Assembly: GCA_951406725.2 (NCBI GenBank)
Contig: OX597821.1
Span: 5,704,001 to 5,768,000, forward strand
Direction: 5' to 3'
DNA length: 64,000 nucleotides
Source: Octopus vulgaris
Lineage: Eukaryota
Part shown: positions 13,401 to 28,693 of the stretch, piece by piece
Layout of the letters: each line of letters begins with the position of its first letter
Numbering within the stretch: the first letter of the stretch is position 1
Notes under the pieces: model-generated
The model's input: the letters and a program-made list of their open reading frames with translations, nothing else
What the model was told of the DNA's origin: nothing
Databases searched by the model: none
Translations under genes and position numbers: made by a program

Positions 13401-14367
13401 AATAATTTGCAGTAAAAATGAGAGTGAATGTCTTCTTGTTTTGTTTGTAGCAAGTTGTTTGTGCTGTTTAGCTCCCTGCCATGTCTATGATCACCGGTAT
13501 TCCATAGACCTATGCTCAATGGAATTTCAACCACATAAGTATAGACATATGTTTATAGAATGTTTCGTAATTTGGTAGCTTCGATAGTTAGAAGCTCATA
13601 TTATATTCAATCGTTGACCATATATGTAGATGAACACACATACGTATACACAGATATAACACACATAATATACATACGAAGATGCATAGTAACGTATTCT
13701 GTCTGGGATATTGATGGTTAAAATGGTTAGTAGTATAAAATATATTTAAATATTAATCACATATTCAGACAAATACGTACGTTAACTTACAATTCATACA
13801 TATACGGACATAGAACACAGTATGTTTTAGGAACAACTGTCGTATAAAATGTAATTAAATATTAACCTATTATGCTGACAAATACGATTTTAGAGAGTAC
13901 ATATTCAGTAGCAGAATACTTCTAAAATATTGGTGGCTGTCATAGTTAGTAGTATATAATATATCTAAATTCTAAGCGGTAGTATATTTTATTTGCAGAT
14001 AATTTGTAGATACAAGTACTACCAGTTGAAAGCTTCGAATACCGGACGCATCAGGAGAAAATCCACGCCGTTTCGGGGGGTCTTCCTTTCGACAGTATTA
14101 TTGCGTACTGCCTCACCCCATCAGTGACATAAGTCTCCACTCGTTAGATCAACTGGTTACTAGACTTCACTCAATGCTCTTCTAGCCATTGCCCATCGTC
14201 TCTTTTTAACCAAATCCAGTAACTTGACTTTCTCACTGTAGCCTGGATGTCACTCACGATGGTATTTGCTTTACGCTGAGTCAGCCCTAGCAATAACAAA
14301 CATCCCTCATATTTAAATACTTCCCACATATATAGACAAAGGTATTGACACACGAAGAGTTAAATAA

Positions 14368-14742
14368 TCTTTTCTATTATAGGAACAAGGCCTGAAATTT
14401 GCGGAGGGGACTAGTCGATTAGATCGACCCCAGTGTTTCGCTGGTACTTAATTTAGTGACCTCGAAAGGATGAAAGGCAAAGTCGACCTTGGCGGCAAAG
14501 AGTTAAATAATAATGTTATTTATTTCAAACACTGGAATCTATTAATATTCTTTTCTACTCTAGGCACAAGGCCCGAAATTTTTGGGGAGGGACCAGTCAA
14601 TTAGATCGACCCCAGTACGCAACTAGTACTTAACTTATCGACCCTGCAAGGATGAAAGGCAAAGTCGACCTCGGCGGAATTTGAACTCAGACCGTAAAGA
14701 CAGACGAAATGTTGCTAAGCATTTCGCCCGGCGTGCTAACGT
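14368..14742 (-). mobile_element. SINE family B copies (partial 14368-14497, 14550-14742)
   Basis: Same family B motifs on the minus strand. Confidence 0.85.
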
Positions 14743-14774
14743 TGGAGTCTATTAAGATTAAAGAGATCACTAAG

Positions 14775-15000
14775 GCAGGAATGTTAGCACGCCGGGCGAG
14801 GTGCTTGGTGGTGTTTCATCTGTCTTTATATTCTGAGTTCAAATTCCGCCAAAGTCGACTTTGCCTTTCATACTTTCGGGGTCGATAAATTAAGTACCAG
14901 TGACGCACTGGGGTCGATGTAATCGACTTAATTCTTTTGTCTGTCTTTGTTTGTCCCCTCTATGTTTAGCTCCTTGTGGGCAATAAAGAAATAAGAAATG
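14775..15000 (+). mobile_element. SINE family B
   Basis: TTAGCACGCCGGGCG..GAGTTCAAATTCCGCC..GGGGTCGATAAATTAAGTACCAG..AATAAAGAAATAAGAAA. Confidence 0.85.
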
Positions 15001-15185
15001 TTAGCCGACTGAAATGGTAGTCGACTGGATCGATTCCCAGGACTAAATTTTGTTTTTTTAAAAGCCTGGAACTTTTGCTGAACCGCTAGGTGACGGTGCC
15101 GTAAACACATCAACACCAGTTGACAATCGTTGGTAGAGGACAGACACAGACACAACAAAGATACACACAAACAAACATATATATA

Positions 15186-15648
15186 TAGAGGTTGGACAAA
15201 ATAATGGAAACACCTTAAAATTTCAAACAAATTAATTTTAATATAGGGTAGGACCGCCTTTGACAATAATTACAGCTTGAGTTCTACGAGGTATGGACTA
15301 GTTGTAAAGTTTGAATTGTTTCCAAAGGAATTTTTGTCCATTCTTCAACTGGAACAGTCTCCAGTTCTTGTAGTGATAATGGTGAAGGATATCGACTCCT
15401 TACTGGTTTTTCTAAAATGCACGATAAATGTTCAATAATATCGAGATCTGGGACTGTGGTGGCCAGACAAGATGTTCAAATTCATTAGAATGTTTCTAGA
15501 AGAAGAAGCAACAATTTTAACAAAACATATTAAGCAACGCTTATAATGAATAAAAAGAAACAAAAAGAAACAAGCTTTTGACGGTTTTATAGACATTTCA
15601 AAATTATATGCTATGATGCAAGGTGTTTCCATTATTTTGTCAAACACC

Positions 15649-15650
<2 letters not shown>
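15186..15650 (-). mobile_element. Internally deleted Tc1-family DNA transposon
   Basis: ~30-bp TIRs (TAGAGGTTGGACAAAATAATGGAAACACCTT / AAGGTGTTTCCATTATTTTGTCAAACACCTG); minus strand encodes WPPQSPDLDIIE...EEWTKIP...SIPRR...KGGPTLY (DD34E C-terminus). Confidence 0.85.
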
Positions 15651-15736
<86 letters not shown>

Positions 15737-15855
15737 TTTGTATAATCTAAAATTTACAAAATGTGTTTATTATGGTTGTTTTGACTTTAAGAGCCCCTCC
15801 TAGCGTGAGGCATTTATGTATAGTAATGCCCTTAATATAAATAACATACATATAT

Positions 15856-15914
<59 letters not shown>

Positions 15915-15982
15915 CGTAAGCAATCTTAAAGCTTATAAGTGACCTTCGTGCATTGACTAAAGTAAATAGTCTAATATTGGGG

Positions 15983-16051
<69 letters not shown>

Positions 16052-17575
16052 GTGCGTGTGTGTGTGTGTCGGACTTCTTTCAGTTTCCGTCTACCAAACC
16101 CGCTCCCAAGGCTTTGTTCGACCCGAAGCTATAACAGAAGACACTTGCCCAAGGTGCCCTGTAATGGAACTGAACCCGAACCATGTGGTTGGGAAGCAAG
16201 CTTCTTACCACACAGCGACTCCTGCACATTTCTCTATATAACTTCAATAGATAAATTTATATCATATTGAATATTATACTATATTATGTAATAAATAAAA
16301 GATATATTTTATACTAGAATTATGTGAAAGAAATTGTGTTGTTATGTGCATACGTGTGTATGTGAATATATTATAATAAATCTTCAAGAACATATTTTGG
16401 TAGAAACGAGTTCTTTATTGATATTCTACTATTAAAAAAAATAAATAAGGAAGACTACTTACGCCAGCAAAGTGTGAGAGAGTCAATGTTGCTTGAAATA
16501 CACTATTCCAGAAGAAAGGAATGCATTGTCATTTGTGTCTAGAACTGTCTTTGATCATCGGTTTTGTCTGATCTATCAGTACTGACCCTAGGTTAAGCAA
16601 CAACAATAACAACAACAACAGCAATAATAACAGCAGCAGCAGCAGCAGCAGAAATATTAATGTGGGTTTTGTTTTATAGGTCTCTGCTGATAGGTCTTTC
16701 CGAAAGACATTTCACAATCGTGACTCCTTCATTAAAGAGTTTCATTACATTTCTCAACAGAACTTTTTTTTTTCTACATTATCACCCAACTAACTTATAA
16801 AAAAAAAGAACCCGTTCCCCCCCATCACCACCACCTACAAATGTTATTGACAATCTTCAAAGCTTTGTTGAAACCCACAATGGAGTGTCACGTTTAGATG
16901 GGATGTTGATGCAGCTAAAACTGACAGTCCTCCTGGACTACATCTAGAAAAGGGCCACACTCCCTCACTGACACGCTCAAGCCACTAGCCCTAAATTACG
17001 ATCTTTCCCCCTCTTTCTCTCCCTCTCACCACCTCTCTCTCCACCTCTCTCTCTCTCTCTCTCATTTTTCTACCAGTCTATATTGGCTGCTGCTCCTCAG
17101 AACCAGGTGGACTCATGTCACATTCTCCCTGGCACTTTCAACTCACTCGTCTCTCCCCTTCCCGCTCCTCAAGCATGAAATAACATCATCACCGAAATCC
17201 CTCATCCAGTGGCACCCACAGCAGAATATTGTTTGAGAGGACAGCCTCCCTCTCCTGTCGCAGCTAAGGATTAAAGAAGATGAAGAAAATATTCAACCCA
17301 CCTCTAGGCCTCGCACTAATCATTATGTCCAGCCCTTCACTCCCATAGCATCTGGAATTTCCTCACATCTTTTCTATGGCATTTATTTACGAATGTTCAA
17401 GAGGAACATTATATCATAAATGTCACTGGTCTAGGAAGGATTATGAAAGTCATGAACACTGCCCATTTACTACAGTCATAGCAAGTAAAAAAGATGTGGT
17501 ATTTTTAAACTGGGATAAAAATTCTTATTAATGGCCCAGTAAGAGACGGGCCTTCACTATATAAATATTTAAATA

Positions 17576-18004
17576 TATATATTTGCCAACTAAATGTAGC
17601 GGTCCCATAGAGGACGATGCTACTGTTGTTTTTAGCTCCAAGAAGACATTTCCTCCAGCTGGCTAACGTTACACTGTCTATGTCCGATTCGAATTTGCGA
17701 GAGGAGGTCATCGCTCCCATCTCTAGCCTTACATGATACACACAGACCCTGATTTCTGGGTAGTTACCCGCCTTCGGTGTGTGATAATGACCACACACCA
17801 GCGATGGAAACTCATTCCACTTGCAAAACATTAAATGCTTTTTCCAACGACAGACTATCGCTGATCTCGGGCCTGTGTGACCTCCCCTCGCAAATACTAA
17901 TCGGGCTCAGACAGTGTTTCGTTAGCCAGCTGGAGGAGATGTCTTCCTGGGGCTAAAACAACAGTAACATCGTCCTCTATGGGACCGCCACATTTAGTTG
18001 TCAA

Positions 18005-18012
<8 letters not shown>
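17576..18012. mobile_element. Fold-back / MITE-like element with ~100-bp inverted arms
   Basis: 17576-17679 is the reverse complement of 17909-18012 with scattered mismatches; TA-rich flanks. Confidence 0.75.
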
Positions 18013-18049
<37 letters not shown>

Positions 18050-18051
18050 GG

Positions 18052-18292
18052 TGAAGGCGCGTGGCTGAGTGGTTAGGGAAGTCGGCTCACGGTCATAAAA
18101 TCGTGAGCATTATGCCCTTGAGCAAGGCACTTTATTTCCCCTGGTTCCAATTCACTCAGCTGGAAAATGTGAGTGTGTAACTGTTATTCAAAGGGCCATC
18201 CTTATCATATTCTGTGTCACGCTGACTCTCCAGGAGAACAACGTTAAGGGGTACGCGTGTCTGTGTAGAACTCAGCCACTTACACATTAATA
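18052..18292 (+). mobile_element. tRNA-derived SINE, family A variant
   Basis: GGCGCGTGGCTGAGTGGTTAGGG..CCCTTGAGCAAGGCACTT..CACTCAGCTGG. Confidence 0.7.
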
Positions 18293-18367
18293 TCAGGAGT
18301 ATGCACTTCCGATGATAGGATCAGCTGGAACGCTCATCGTCGAAACCGACGGAGAGCCAAAAGTAAT

Positions 18368-18558
<191 letters not shown>

Positions 18559-18559
18559 C

Positions 18560-18955
18560 CCTTTTACTTGTTTCAGTTATTTGACTGCGGCCATGCTGGA
18601 GCACCGCCTTTAGTCGAGCAAATCGACCCCAGGACTTATTCCTTGAAAGCCTAGAACTTATTCTATCAGTCTCTTTTGCCGAACCGCTAAGTTACGGGGA
18701 CGTAAACACACCAGCATCGGTTGTCAAACGATGTTGGGGGGACAAACGCAAACACACAAACATATACACGCACATACATATATACATATATACGACGGGC
18801 TTTTTCCAGTTTCCGTCAACCAAATCCACTCACAAGGCTTTGGTCGGCCTGAGGCTATACTAGAAGATACTTGCCCAAGGTTGCCACACAGTGGGACTGA
18901 ACCCGAAGCCAGTCGATTGCAAATCAAGTGTCTTAACTACAAAGCTATGGCTGAC
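18560..18955 (-). mobile_element. SINE family C, near full length
   Basis: Matches the 37080-37492 copy over its length. Confidence 0.85.
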
Positions 18956-19369
18956 CCTATACATATGCGTATACGCCTAGGAAAAAAAAGTTACACATCC
19001 CGAAAAGGCCATGTTATAAGATCGAACTTGGGCCGTTCTGGTTGCGAAACAAACTCGTCGACCAGTTTTGGTATACTGCACCTACGAAAGAGATTAAACG
19101 TAAATGTTGACAAAAATTCATATAAAACAACTAAAAAAAGGTAATGAGAAAATACGAAAATAAATAAAATAAGAAAGTAAATAAGAAAGAAAGAAAGAAA
19201 GAAGGCGTAAAAGGGTATTGATGGAGGTCGAATAAAGAGCAGATTCTGAAGAAAAAAATATTTCTAAAACTGAGACATAAGATGTAGAACAAGGAGAAGA
19301 GGGAAATGGTGGGGGGGTCAATGAAGGAATGACGCAGGGAAATGGGCGTCCGGGAATGTGTGTAGCTAA

Positions 19370-19415
<46 letters not shown>

Positions 19416-19764
19416 AGGAAAGAAAGAAAGAAGGAAAGAAAGAAAGAAAGAAAAACTAAAGATATACGAAAGAAAGAAAGAGAGAGAGAGAGAAGACAGA
19501 CGAGACCATCTTCAAAGAGTCTGAAATGTCTTTGGAAAAAACGTATCAGCAATGACCTATAAAAACCGACAAAGAATTAGACAATGGTGGCGTGAATTTT
19601 ATTTCCATTTTTTATAGGAGAATATCAATAAAGAATTACTTTCAACTCCACCCGACAATTATCTTGACTGCTTTATAAATGTGTGTGTAAGTGTGTGTAT
19701 GTAAGTTTGTTTAAGTATGTGTGCGTGTGTGTGTGTATGTCTACATATATTTGTGCGTGCATAT

Positions 19765-19797
<33 letters not shown>

Positions 19798-20077
19798 GTT
19801 TTTGCTTACAAAGTCTACATGTGTGTGTGTGTGTGTGCGCGCGCGTCCCTGCGTGTGTATATGTGTATGAGTGTACGCATGCACACATCTATATGTATGT
19901 ATAAAGATATATGATATAACTGTGTACTTTTAAGAGTGTCTGTATGGAATATACGCGTATACATATGTAAATTTGTTTACATATGCATACACAAAGAAAA
20001 TATATGAATGACTATATATATACATATATATATATATACATATATTTTATATAAATATATATACATATATTTATACA

Positions 20078-20117
<40 letters not shown>

Positions 20118-20864
20118 TATATACATATATTTGTACATCTATATATATATACATATATTATATATATATTTATTTATATATATATATATGCATGTATGTA
20201 TATGTAAATGTATGTATGTATGTATGAGAGAGAAAGAGAGAAAAGAGATGATAAATTATGGCAACCGAAATAATCACTGGCAAAGTCATAGTTATTTAAA
20301 CCTAACCAAAACGAAACCCTATCCATACGGAAAACTTCATGAAAACCCATTATATACATACATGCATACATACATACATACATACATACATACATACATA
20401 CATACATACATACATACATACATACATACACACATACATAGAAACCTAAATCCAGGCATCTTCAATGATAATAATATCTAGTCAGAATCATTGTAAGGAG
20501 CTGCGCGATATCTTCCAATGAAATGATTTTCGCTCAAAATGCATCATTCTGCAATGAAACCTTTAAAAGAGACGGATTTAATGAAACAGTCCATTCACAA
20601 TGCTGAGCAAACAAAGCTGGAAAGCTATTAGGAAAAAGAATGACCACCTGGTTCCATTCAGTTTAAATATAGCGGCGAATGTGGCGGAATATTTCCTTTA
20701 GCTAACTGCTAAGAATTTTCCATCCGGCCATAAATGCTATAAGTTATTTAACAGGAATAATACAAAAGATAGCTAAGCCTGCACTTGGAAAATAATGAAG
20801 TATCAAGATTATTAATAAGTATTGAACCAGTATTCCATAAACTACAGTCAAAAGTAATTATAAC

Positions 20865-21008
20865 TCATTTCTACTCTAGGCACAAGGCCTGATATCTTGG
20901 AGGGGGCCAGTCGATTAGATTGACCCCAGTACGCAACTGTTACTTAATTTATCGACCCCGAAAAGATAAAAGGCAAAGTCGACCTTCGACGGAATTTGAA
21001 CTCAGAAC
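20865..21008 (-). mobile_element. SINE family B fragment
   Basis: CTACTCTAGGCACAAGGCC..GACCCCAGTACGCAACTG..AAGGCAAAGTCGACC..GAATTTGAACTCAGAAC. Confidence 0.8.
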
Positions 21009-21589
21009 AAAAGTAATTATAACTGCAACAGTTGAAGGCCATGCTCGATACATGGTAATTGTTTTTTTTTTAAATAGTAATTTATAGAGCAATTGCTGTG
21101 AAAGTAAGAACGCTGATCACAAACTGTATGTATAAAAAAACCTCCAGAAAATTGTATTCAAATCACATACAATTGTTCTGCAACATTTATAGAAGGAAAG
21201 TAAGCCCTTTACTACGACAAAATCTGAGCCTAAAGGAGAAATGCATTTACATTACATATAAACTGAGCATTAAGAGATAGGACTAACGTCCATTTGTATG
21301 CTTTTAGAAAGTGGCCACATTATCCCGTGATAACTATACAAGGAATATTGAGTTGTAACATTAATTCGATGTTACAGAAAATTTAAGTAGAAAATTTGTC
21401 CCTATTGCAGACGAGGAGTGCGCCATAGTGACAATGTGGAGCGGTAGCAGCGTATTGTAAAATTGAATTGCTAATTCAATAAAAATCATTGTAATTATTT
21501 CCATCCTTACCAGACCAATACATGCTCCGATCAAAAAGAACTGACCAATGAAAAACTCACTGACGAGTAGATTGATTTTAATCAATCTT

Positions 21590-22052
<463 letters not shown>

Positions 22053-22276
22053 AGAACGTAATAATATATAACATATATACATAAATTTTAAAATCCAGAA
22101 CGGTGTAGAAAAGTATTTTTGTTTTGTTTTTAATAGTACAATCAATATGGCAGAAATTCAGAATGGTTCTACGCAGTCTTATTCTACAAAAACAACAAAT
22201 ATATGCCTGTATATATGTATATGTATGTCTGAGGGTGTTCAATGTTATCTTATACAAGCACACATACATACATACA

Positions 22277-22332
<56 letters not shown>

Positions 22333-22562
22333 TATACATAAATATACATATATATACATATATATACATATATATACATGTGTGTGTGAGTGTGTGTGTG
22401 CATGCTTGCATTTATGTATGTGTGTATGTATGTATGCATGTATGTATGTGTCTATGTATGTGTGTATGTATGTGTGTGTGTATGTATGTGTGTATGTATG
22501 TATGTATGTATGATTCTATAAGATAGCATTGAACACCCTCATATATATACATATATATTTAA

Positions 22563-22636
<74 letters not shown>

Positions 22637-23009
22637 AATATATATGTATATATATAAATATATATACATATATTTCTCCGTGTCACCATATTTTCTCTTC
22701 GTTGTCTAAATATATGCCACTGGCCTCTCTGAATTATATTTCGTAGGTAATTTTCACTTCTCTATACAAACCAACTACACGATAAATATGTTCCTCTCAT
22801 TTTTCTACGTGTCTGCAGGAGATAAAGTAGGACGCCCTCTATGTTGATCTACGTTCTTGTGACAAAAACACCTGTCTATAGTTTTTGTCGTGTCTGCAGA
22901 TATTCAGACTGTTTCGTTTTGTTTATTGTTTTTGTTTTGGGTTTTTTTTTATTAATGATATGTCAATTTAGGTAAAAATTCTTTATACTTGACATTTTCT
23001 CCTATTTTC

Positions 23010-24640
23010 TTTTAAAATAAGGTCTTTCTTTGTGCTGGGAATGATCCCTTTGAGTGAAATACTACAGAAAACAAAGTTGGGGTACGATCTAGGAAGAAGT
23101 TAGGGAAAACTAAACCACTTGCTTTTCATGGACGACCTGAGGCTATACAAAAAAACTGAGGCAGAACTTGGACAGCTTAGTCCAGTCTGTGTGGATTTTC
23201 TCCAATGATATTAAGATGAAGTTTGGACTTTCAAAATGAGCTACGATGGTGATAAGGCGAGGAAAGCTTGCCAGGACAGAAGGCATATGGTTGCCAAGTG
23301 GTGAAATGATGAAGGCAATTCAACTTCACTCCAGCTATAAATACCTGGGAATACCTGAGGCAGATGAAATCAAACACAACGACATGAAAGAACAGACATA
23401 AAGAGAGTACCTGCGGCGAGTGAGAAAAATATTGGCTTCAAAGCTAAATACCAGAAGCATAAACTCGCGCGCAGTAGCACTAGTTCGACATGGCACTGGA
23501 ATCCTGAAGTGGACAGAGAAGGAGCTAAAGGAGATGGACAGGAAGTCGAGAAAGCCCCTAATGATGCATGGAGCCCATTATCCACATGCAGACACTGCTC
23601 GCCTATACATGAGGAGAGCAAATGTAGGAAGAGCACTGATAAATGTAGAAGACTGCGAACGTATCGAACTCGAGAGCTTCTAGCCCAAAATAAGGAAACC
23701 TTGCCAGTGATATTTAGGAACGAAGGAGTATTGAAAGCAGAGGAAAAAGAAAAAAATAAAGGAAAAAGTACAAAAAGGACATGAAGAATTACGCAACAAG
23801 GGATTAAGCAATCAATTCCATGTAGCCGAAACAGAACTTACAGGAAAAGGTAGGTGGGATTGGCCGAAGAAAGAAACACAAAAAAAAGAGTGCGAGAGCA
23901 CTATACTGGCAGCGTAAGATCAAGCTTTGGCCACGAAGTGGAGACCTTTGGAATGAGCAAGTGTCTCCGCTGTGCCACATCTGTAATAGAATGGATGAAA
24001 TCATTGCCCATATCACAAACGAATGCCCTAGACTTGCCCAAAACTACAAGCCGTAGCGTCACGGTCAGGTAGCGAAAGCGCTACATGGGAAACTGTGCGA
24101 AAAGTAAGGGAAAGAGAGAGGTAAGACGTGGTATGAGCACAAGTCGCAGAGAGTGGCAGAGTCGGAGACTACCAAAATCCTCTGGGATTTCCCAATCCAA
24201 ACAGATCAAGTGCTAGAGCATAATAGACCGGACCTAGTGGTGGTCGACAAGATGTACTACATGTGCTATATTGTTGATGTTCACCACGAATAGTCAAGAA
24301 CAATCAAGAATGAAGGTGAGAAAATAGATAAATACAACTCTCATAAGTACAAAATAGCCCGGTTATGGAAAATGAAGAAGGTGAAGTTAGTACCAATTAT
24401 TGTTGTGCCCTTGGGGACAGTATCAGAAGGCATCAAGAGGAATATAAAGGAAATTGGAATAAGGTGCCCAGTAGAATTGTTACAAAAGGTTTGCCTCCGT
24501 GGCACAGCCACGATAATCAAGAAAGTATTGGATAGCTGAAAAGCACGGATACCGTAGACTGCAGATAGCAAGCCCGCCACTCATGCAAGACTCCAGGAAT
24601 TAAAACAAATGTGATAAAAATAAATAAATAAATAATAATG
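23010..24640 (+). mobile_element. R4/Dong-like (RLE) non-LTR retrotransposon, degenerate 3' portion
   Basis: Frameshifted NHLLFMDDL, FSNDIKMKFGLSK, YKYLGI, YLRRVRKILASKLN, ILWDFPIQTDQVLEHNRPDLVVVDK (restriction-like endonuclease), (TAAA/TAA) tail. Confidence 0.85.
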
Positions 24641-24703
24641 AGAAGGAGGAGGAGGACAATGCATGGTGCCCTCGACCCTAAGGTGACACAGGCTCTATAT
24701 GAA

Positions 24704-25082
24704 GAGGCGGCGAGCTGGCAGAATTGTTAGCAGGACGGGCGAAATGCTTAACGGTGTTTCGTCTGTTGCTACGTTCCGAGTTCAAATTCCGCCAAAGTCG
24801 ACTTTGCCTCTCATCCTTTCGGGGTCGATTAAATAAGTACCAGTTACGCACTGGGGTCGATGTAATCGACTTCATCTGTTTGTCTGTCCTTGTTTGTCCC
24901 CTCTGTGTTTAGCCCCTTGTGGGTAGTAAAGAATAGATATTTTGTCTAGCGTTACGTTCTGAGTTCACACTTCGCCACGGTTGACTTTGCTTTTATCATT
25001 TCGGGGTCGATTAAATAAGTACCTGTTACGTACTGGGGTCTATGTAATCGACTGAAACCCTTTGTATGTCCTTGTTTGTTCC
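24704..25082 (+). mobile_element. SINE family B, full copy plus a tandem partial copy
   Basis: GGCGGCGAGCTGGCAGAATTGTTAGC head; second partial copy from ~24940. Confidence 0.88.
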
Positions 25083-25084
25083 AC

Positions 25085-25363
25085 TGAAAGCTATTTGAAA
25101 ATGATACCAGGCTTACCATCCCTACAGGAAGTGCAAAAAATCGTGTTAACTGGAACGACTCATGTACTGAGAAGAGCATTATCGCTGTGAAAACAACATC
25201 TATTCATGAATTTATTTATTTATTGATTTTTCTTAAATACATATTTAACCTGTGAATTTGCGTGTGTAATCTGAGAATGCATACAATGAGCTTCTCTACC
25301 CTAGGTGTATGGAAAACACTTGACCAGAAACGAAAGAAAATTTGAAGAAAGAAGGGAAAATAT

Positions 25364-25447
<84 letters not shown>
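25085..25447 (+). mobile_element. 3' end of a second R4/Dong-like LINE with (TAA)n tail
   Basis: LKMIPGLPSLQEVQKIVLTGTTHVLRRALSL-stop, 3' UTR, long TAA tail. Confidence 0.7.
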
Positions 25448-25662
25448 CATTTCTACTAAAGGCACAAGGTCTGAAATTTGGAGTGGGGGCTAAGTCGATT
25501 ACATCGACCCCAGTGTTCAACTGATACTTGTTTTATCCACCCTGAAAGGATGAAAGGCAAAGTCGACCTCGGTGGCGTATGAACTCAGACCGCAAAATGG
25601 ATGAAGTGTCTCTAAGCATTTTATAACAGTGCTGTAAGGGTTCTGCCAGTTCAGTAAGTTTT

Positions 25663-25750
<88 letters not shown>

Positions 25751-25950
25751 GTTTCAAATTTTGGTACAAGGTTAGCAATTTTTGGGAGAGCGGACAGGTC
25801 GATTACATTAACCCCAGAGCTCAACTAGTACTTAATTTATCGATCTCGAAAGGATAAGAAAAAAATTAAGTCAACCTTGGTGGAGGAAACTGAACTCAGA
25901 GCGCAATGGCCGAAGGAAATGCTGCGCTAAGCATTTTGTCCGACGCAGTT
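25447..25950 (-). mobile_element. Two SINE family B copies separated by (TAA)n
   Basis: Family B motifs at 25447-25632 and 25750-25950. Confidence 0.75.
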
Positions 25951-26090
25951 AAGATTCCACTAGAATAATAATACACCATTTCAGAGAATGTAGACAAACT
26001 TTTGAGGCTAACATTGTATATAAGTTTGTTGATGCAACGTGAAAATTTCTTGTTTTCTTATCGAATTTATTCTCATTAGCATTATTACAT

Positions 26091-26169
<79 letters not shown>

Positions 26170-26422
26170 GGGAGGAGGGATTGTGTTTGCTGTTGTTGTT
26201 GTTGTTGTTGTTGTTGTAGTGGTTAGTCATGTTCTTGTTAAACTTAAACGTCTATAAAAGCCACGTCCGGAACTATAGTAAAATTCTAATAAGTGCATTC
26301 GACCGATGGATAGATTCTTTATGAAGTTATAATTAATACACATGTTTGACCTATCATTGTCGTTTTATTGCTGCTCACAACGTATGTACGTATACATGTA
26401 TGTATGTATGTATACATGTATG

Positions 26423-26456
<34 letters not shown>

Positions 26457-26643
26457 TATATATATATATAGAAGAATTTGTGGAAACACGCTTCTTCACC
26501 CCATATATATATATATATTTTATATATGTATGTGCGTGTATATATATTTTTTTTTTATATGTATGTGTGTGTATATATATATGTATGAATATATAAATAC
26601 ATATATAAGTATATATATATATGTATATGAATATATCTTTATA

Positions 26644-26682
<39 letters not shown>

Positions 26683-26984
26683 GCACCATACATATATCTA
26701 AAGATATACATCTCCATATATACATACGTAATTATTATATAAATATATATGTATGTACATATATGTATATAATTGCAGCATTGCAGTATGGTTATACATA
26801 AGTGGCTGATTACATCTCTGTATATGACGGCGTACAAAGGAACATACGTAATTTTATATATGCGTGTATTTGCGTGCGTCTGTGTGTGTCCGTGTCTATA
26901 TATTTCGCATATATGCATATATTATTTCATAAGTATAAAATATATGCCTATTTCCAGAATAGCTGTTGTTGTTGTTGCTGTTGT

Positions 26985-26986
26985 TA

Positions 26987-27053
<67 letters not shown>

Positions 27054-27055
27054 CG

Positions 27056-27125
<70 letters not shown>

Positions 27126-27190
27126 CATCATTATTATTATTATTATCATTATTATTATTATTATCATTATTATTATCGTCATTATTACTA
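26985..27190. repeat. (ATT)n microsatellite
   Basis: Direct reading. Confidence 0.96.
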
Positions 27191-27312
27191 TTCTGCGTGT
27201 TCTTGCTAGATATTCGTACGTATGTTACAGTGTATGTTCAGACCTCTTTATCCGGATATATACTTACAGCTATGTCTATACATATGCAAATACATACATA
27301 CACACACACACT

Positions 27313-27346
<34 letters not shown>

Positions 27347-27473
27347 CACATACATATCCATATACATATATATATATATTTATATATATATATGTATGTA
27401 TATATGTACATACCTATTTATACATGTATGTGTGTGTATGTATATATATATACATATATATATGCATACATAC

Positions 27474-27543
<70 letters not shown>

Positions 27544-28085
27544 ATTTATACATAAATGCGTCTGTCTATAGGGCTGTATTACTTACTTGACATTCAATGT
27601 AGTCGGTCTCTGCATATTTATGATTCCTTTTCAAGCGGCCGTGTGAAACGCTAGACCGCTTTTAACCTGGACAGTAACTTGTGTTAATAAAAGTAATATT
27701 ACAGCAAGACGGAGACAGTATAACCACAACAAAAACAACAACCACAACATGGTGGTCAACTGGTTGAAACGTATGAGCGTCTGTCTAAATGCTTTTCCGC
27801 CGAAATTGTCCTAGCTTGCTGCTTTCTTATTTCAAATCCAGCCGAAGTCTGGTTTTCCTTTCATCTTTCCAAAGCCTATAAAATAAAGTGCCTGTCTACA
27901 GTAATTGGTTAATGAAATTGTTTGAAAGTTGAATGAAATGCTTTGTAGTATTTGTTCCGACTCTTTACGTTTTGAGTTCAAATCCAACCGATGACAGGTT
28001 TGTCTTTCGTTTTTCCAGTGTCTATAAATTTATGAGCAATATCATACAGAATAAGACACTGACTTCCTTGCAAAAAATGCGAACG

Positions 28086-28305
28086 TGTCAGTCAGGAGAT
28101 TAAAGCACTTTATTCAAATACTAAAATACTCCACGGAGACATCAACTAAAGAAGTTATGAGCCAATCCGGGCATAATGAAGAGGTGTGTTGAGCCACGAA
28201 ACTGAACACTATAAACATGTATACTGGAACAGAAGGCTCGGAGGTACAAGAGAAAATGATCACCTCAAGCTTAGTCAACCATAACCGACAATGTGCACAG
28301 TGACA
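28086..28305 (-). mobile_element. Possible solo LTR (220 bp)
   Basis: TGTCA...TGACA inverted termini; AATAAA near the 3' end on the minus strand; no TSD visible. Confidence 0.3.
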
Positions 28306-28693
28306 CATTTAGAACTGCTAGCAAATAGACTTGACCAGTTCCCTTATCCCTGGCTGAAGCAACAGACTGGTAACCAGGAATATATGGAAACAACATTTAC
28401 TGAAGTTAAAAGCAGACTAGAATCAACAGTCCGTTGGAAGTTGACTGAGAAAAAATGCTTTAATCCCAAACGAAAAATAGCAGAGCCTGCAAAAGTGTGA
28501 CTTGTAAATCCATGCGAACAAGATACAAGACATGTCTCTTCTCGTAATGTTATTACAAGGGATATAATCGTTTCTGCACAATATATGGCGGAAATAGAAG
28601 TCTAAGTTTGAAATTAAGGTAAGAATATAAAAGAAAAGATATCTATTTATTGGTTACTTATTACGAAGTTCTGAAAATTACTAGGCATTGGTC

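Noticed and set aside
14061-14130. CUGAUGG...CCCC-GAAA-CGGCG-UG motif on the minus strand
   Set aside because: A9 and the NUH triplet are both violated and stem I is absent
12960-15000. Recurrent GGGGTCGAT/GTCGAC motifs resembling spaced repeats or CRISPR
   Set aside because: They are parts of dispersed SINE copies with irregular spacing in eukaryotic DNA
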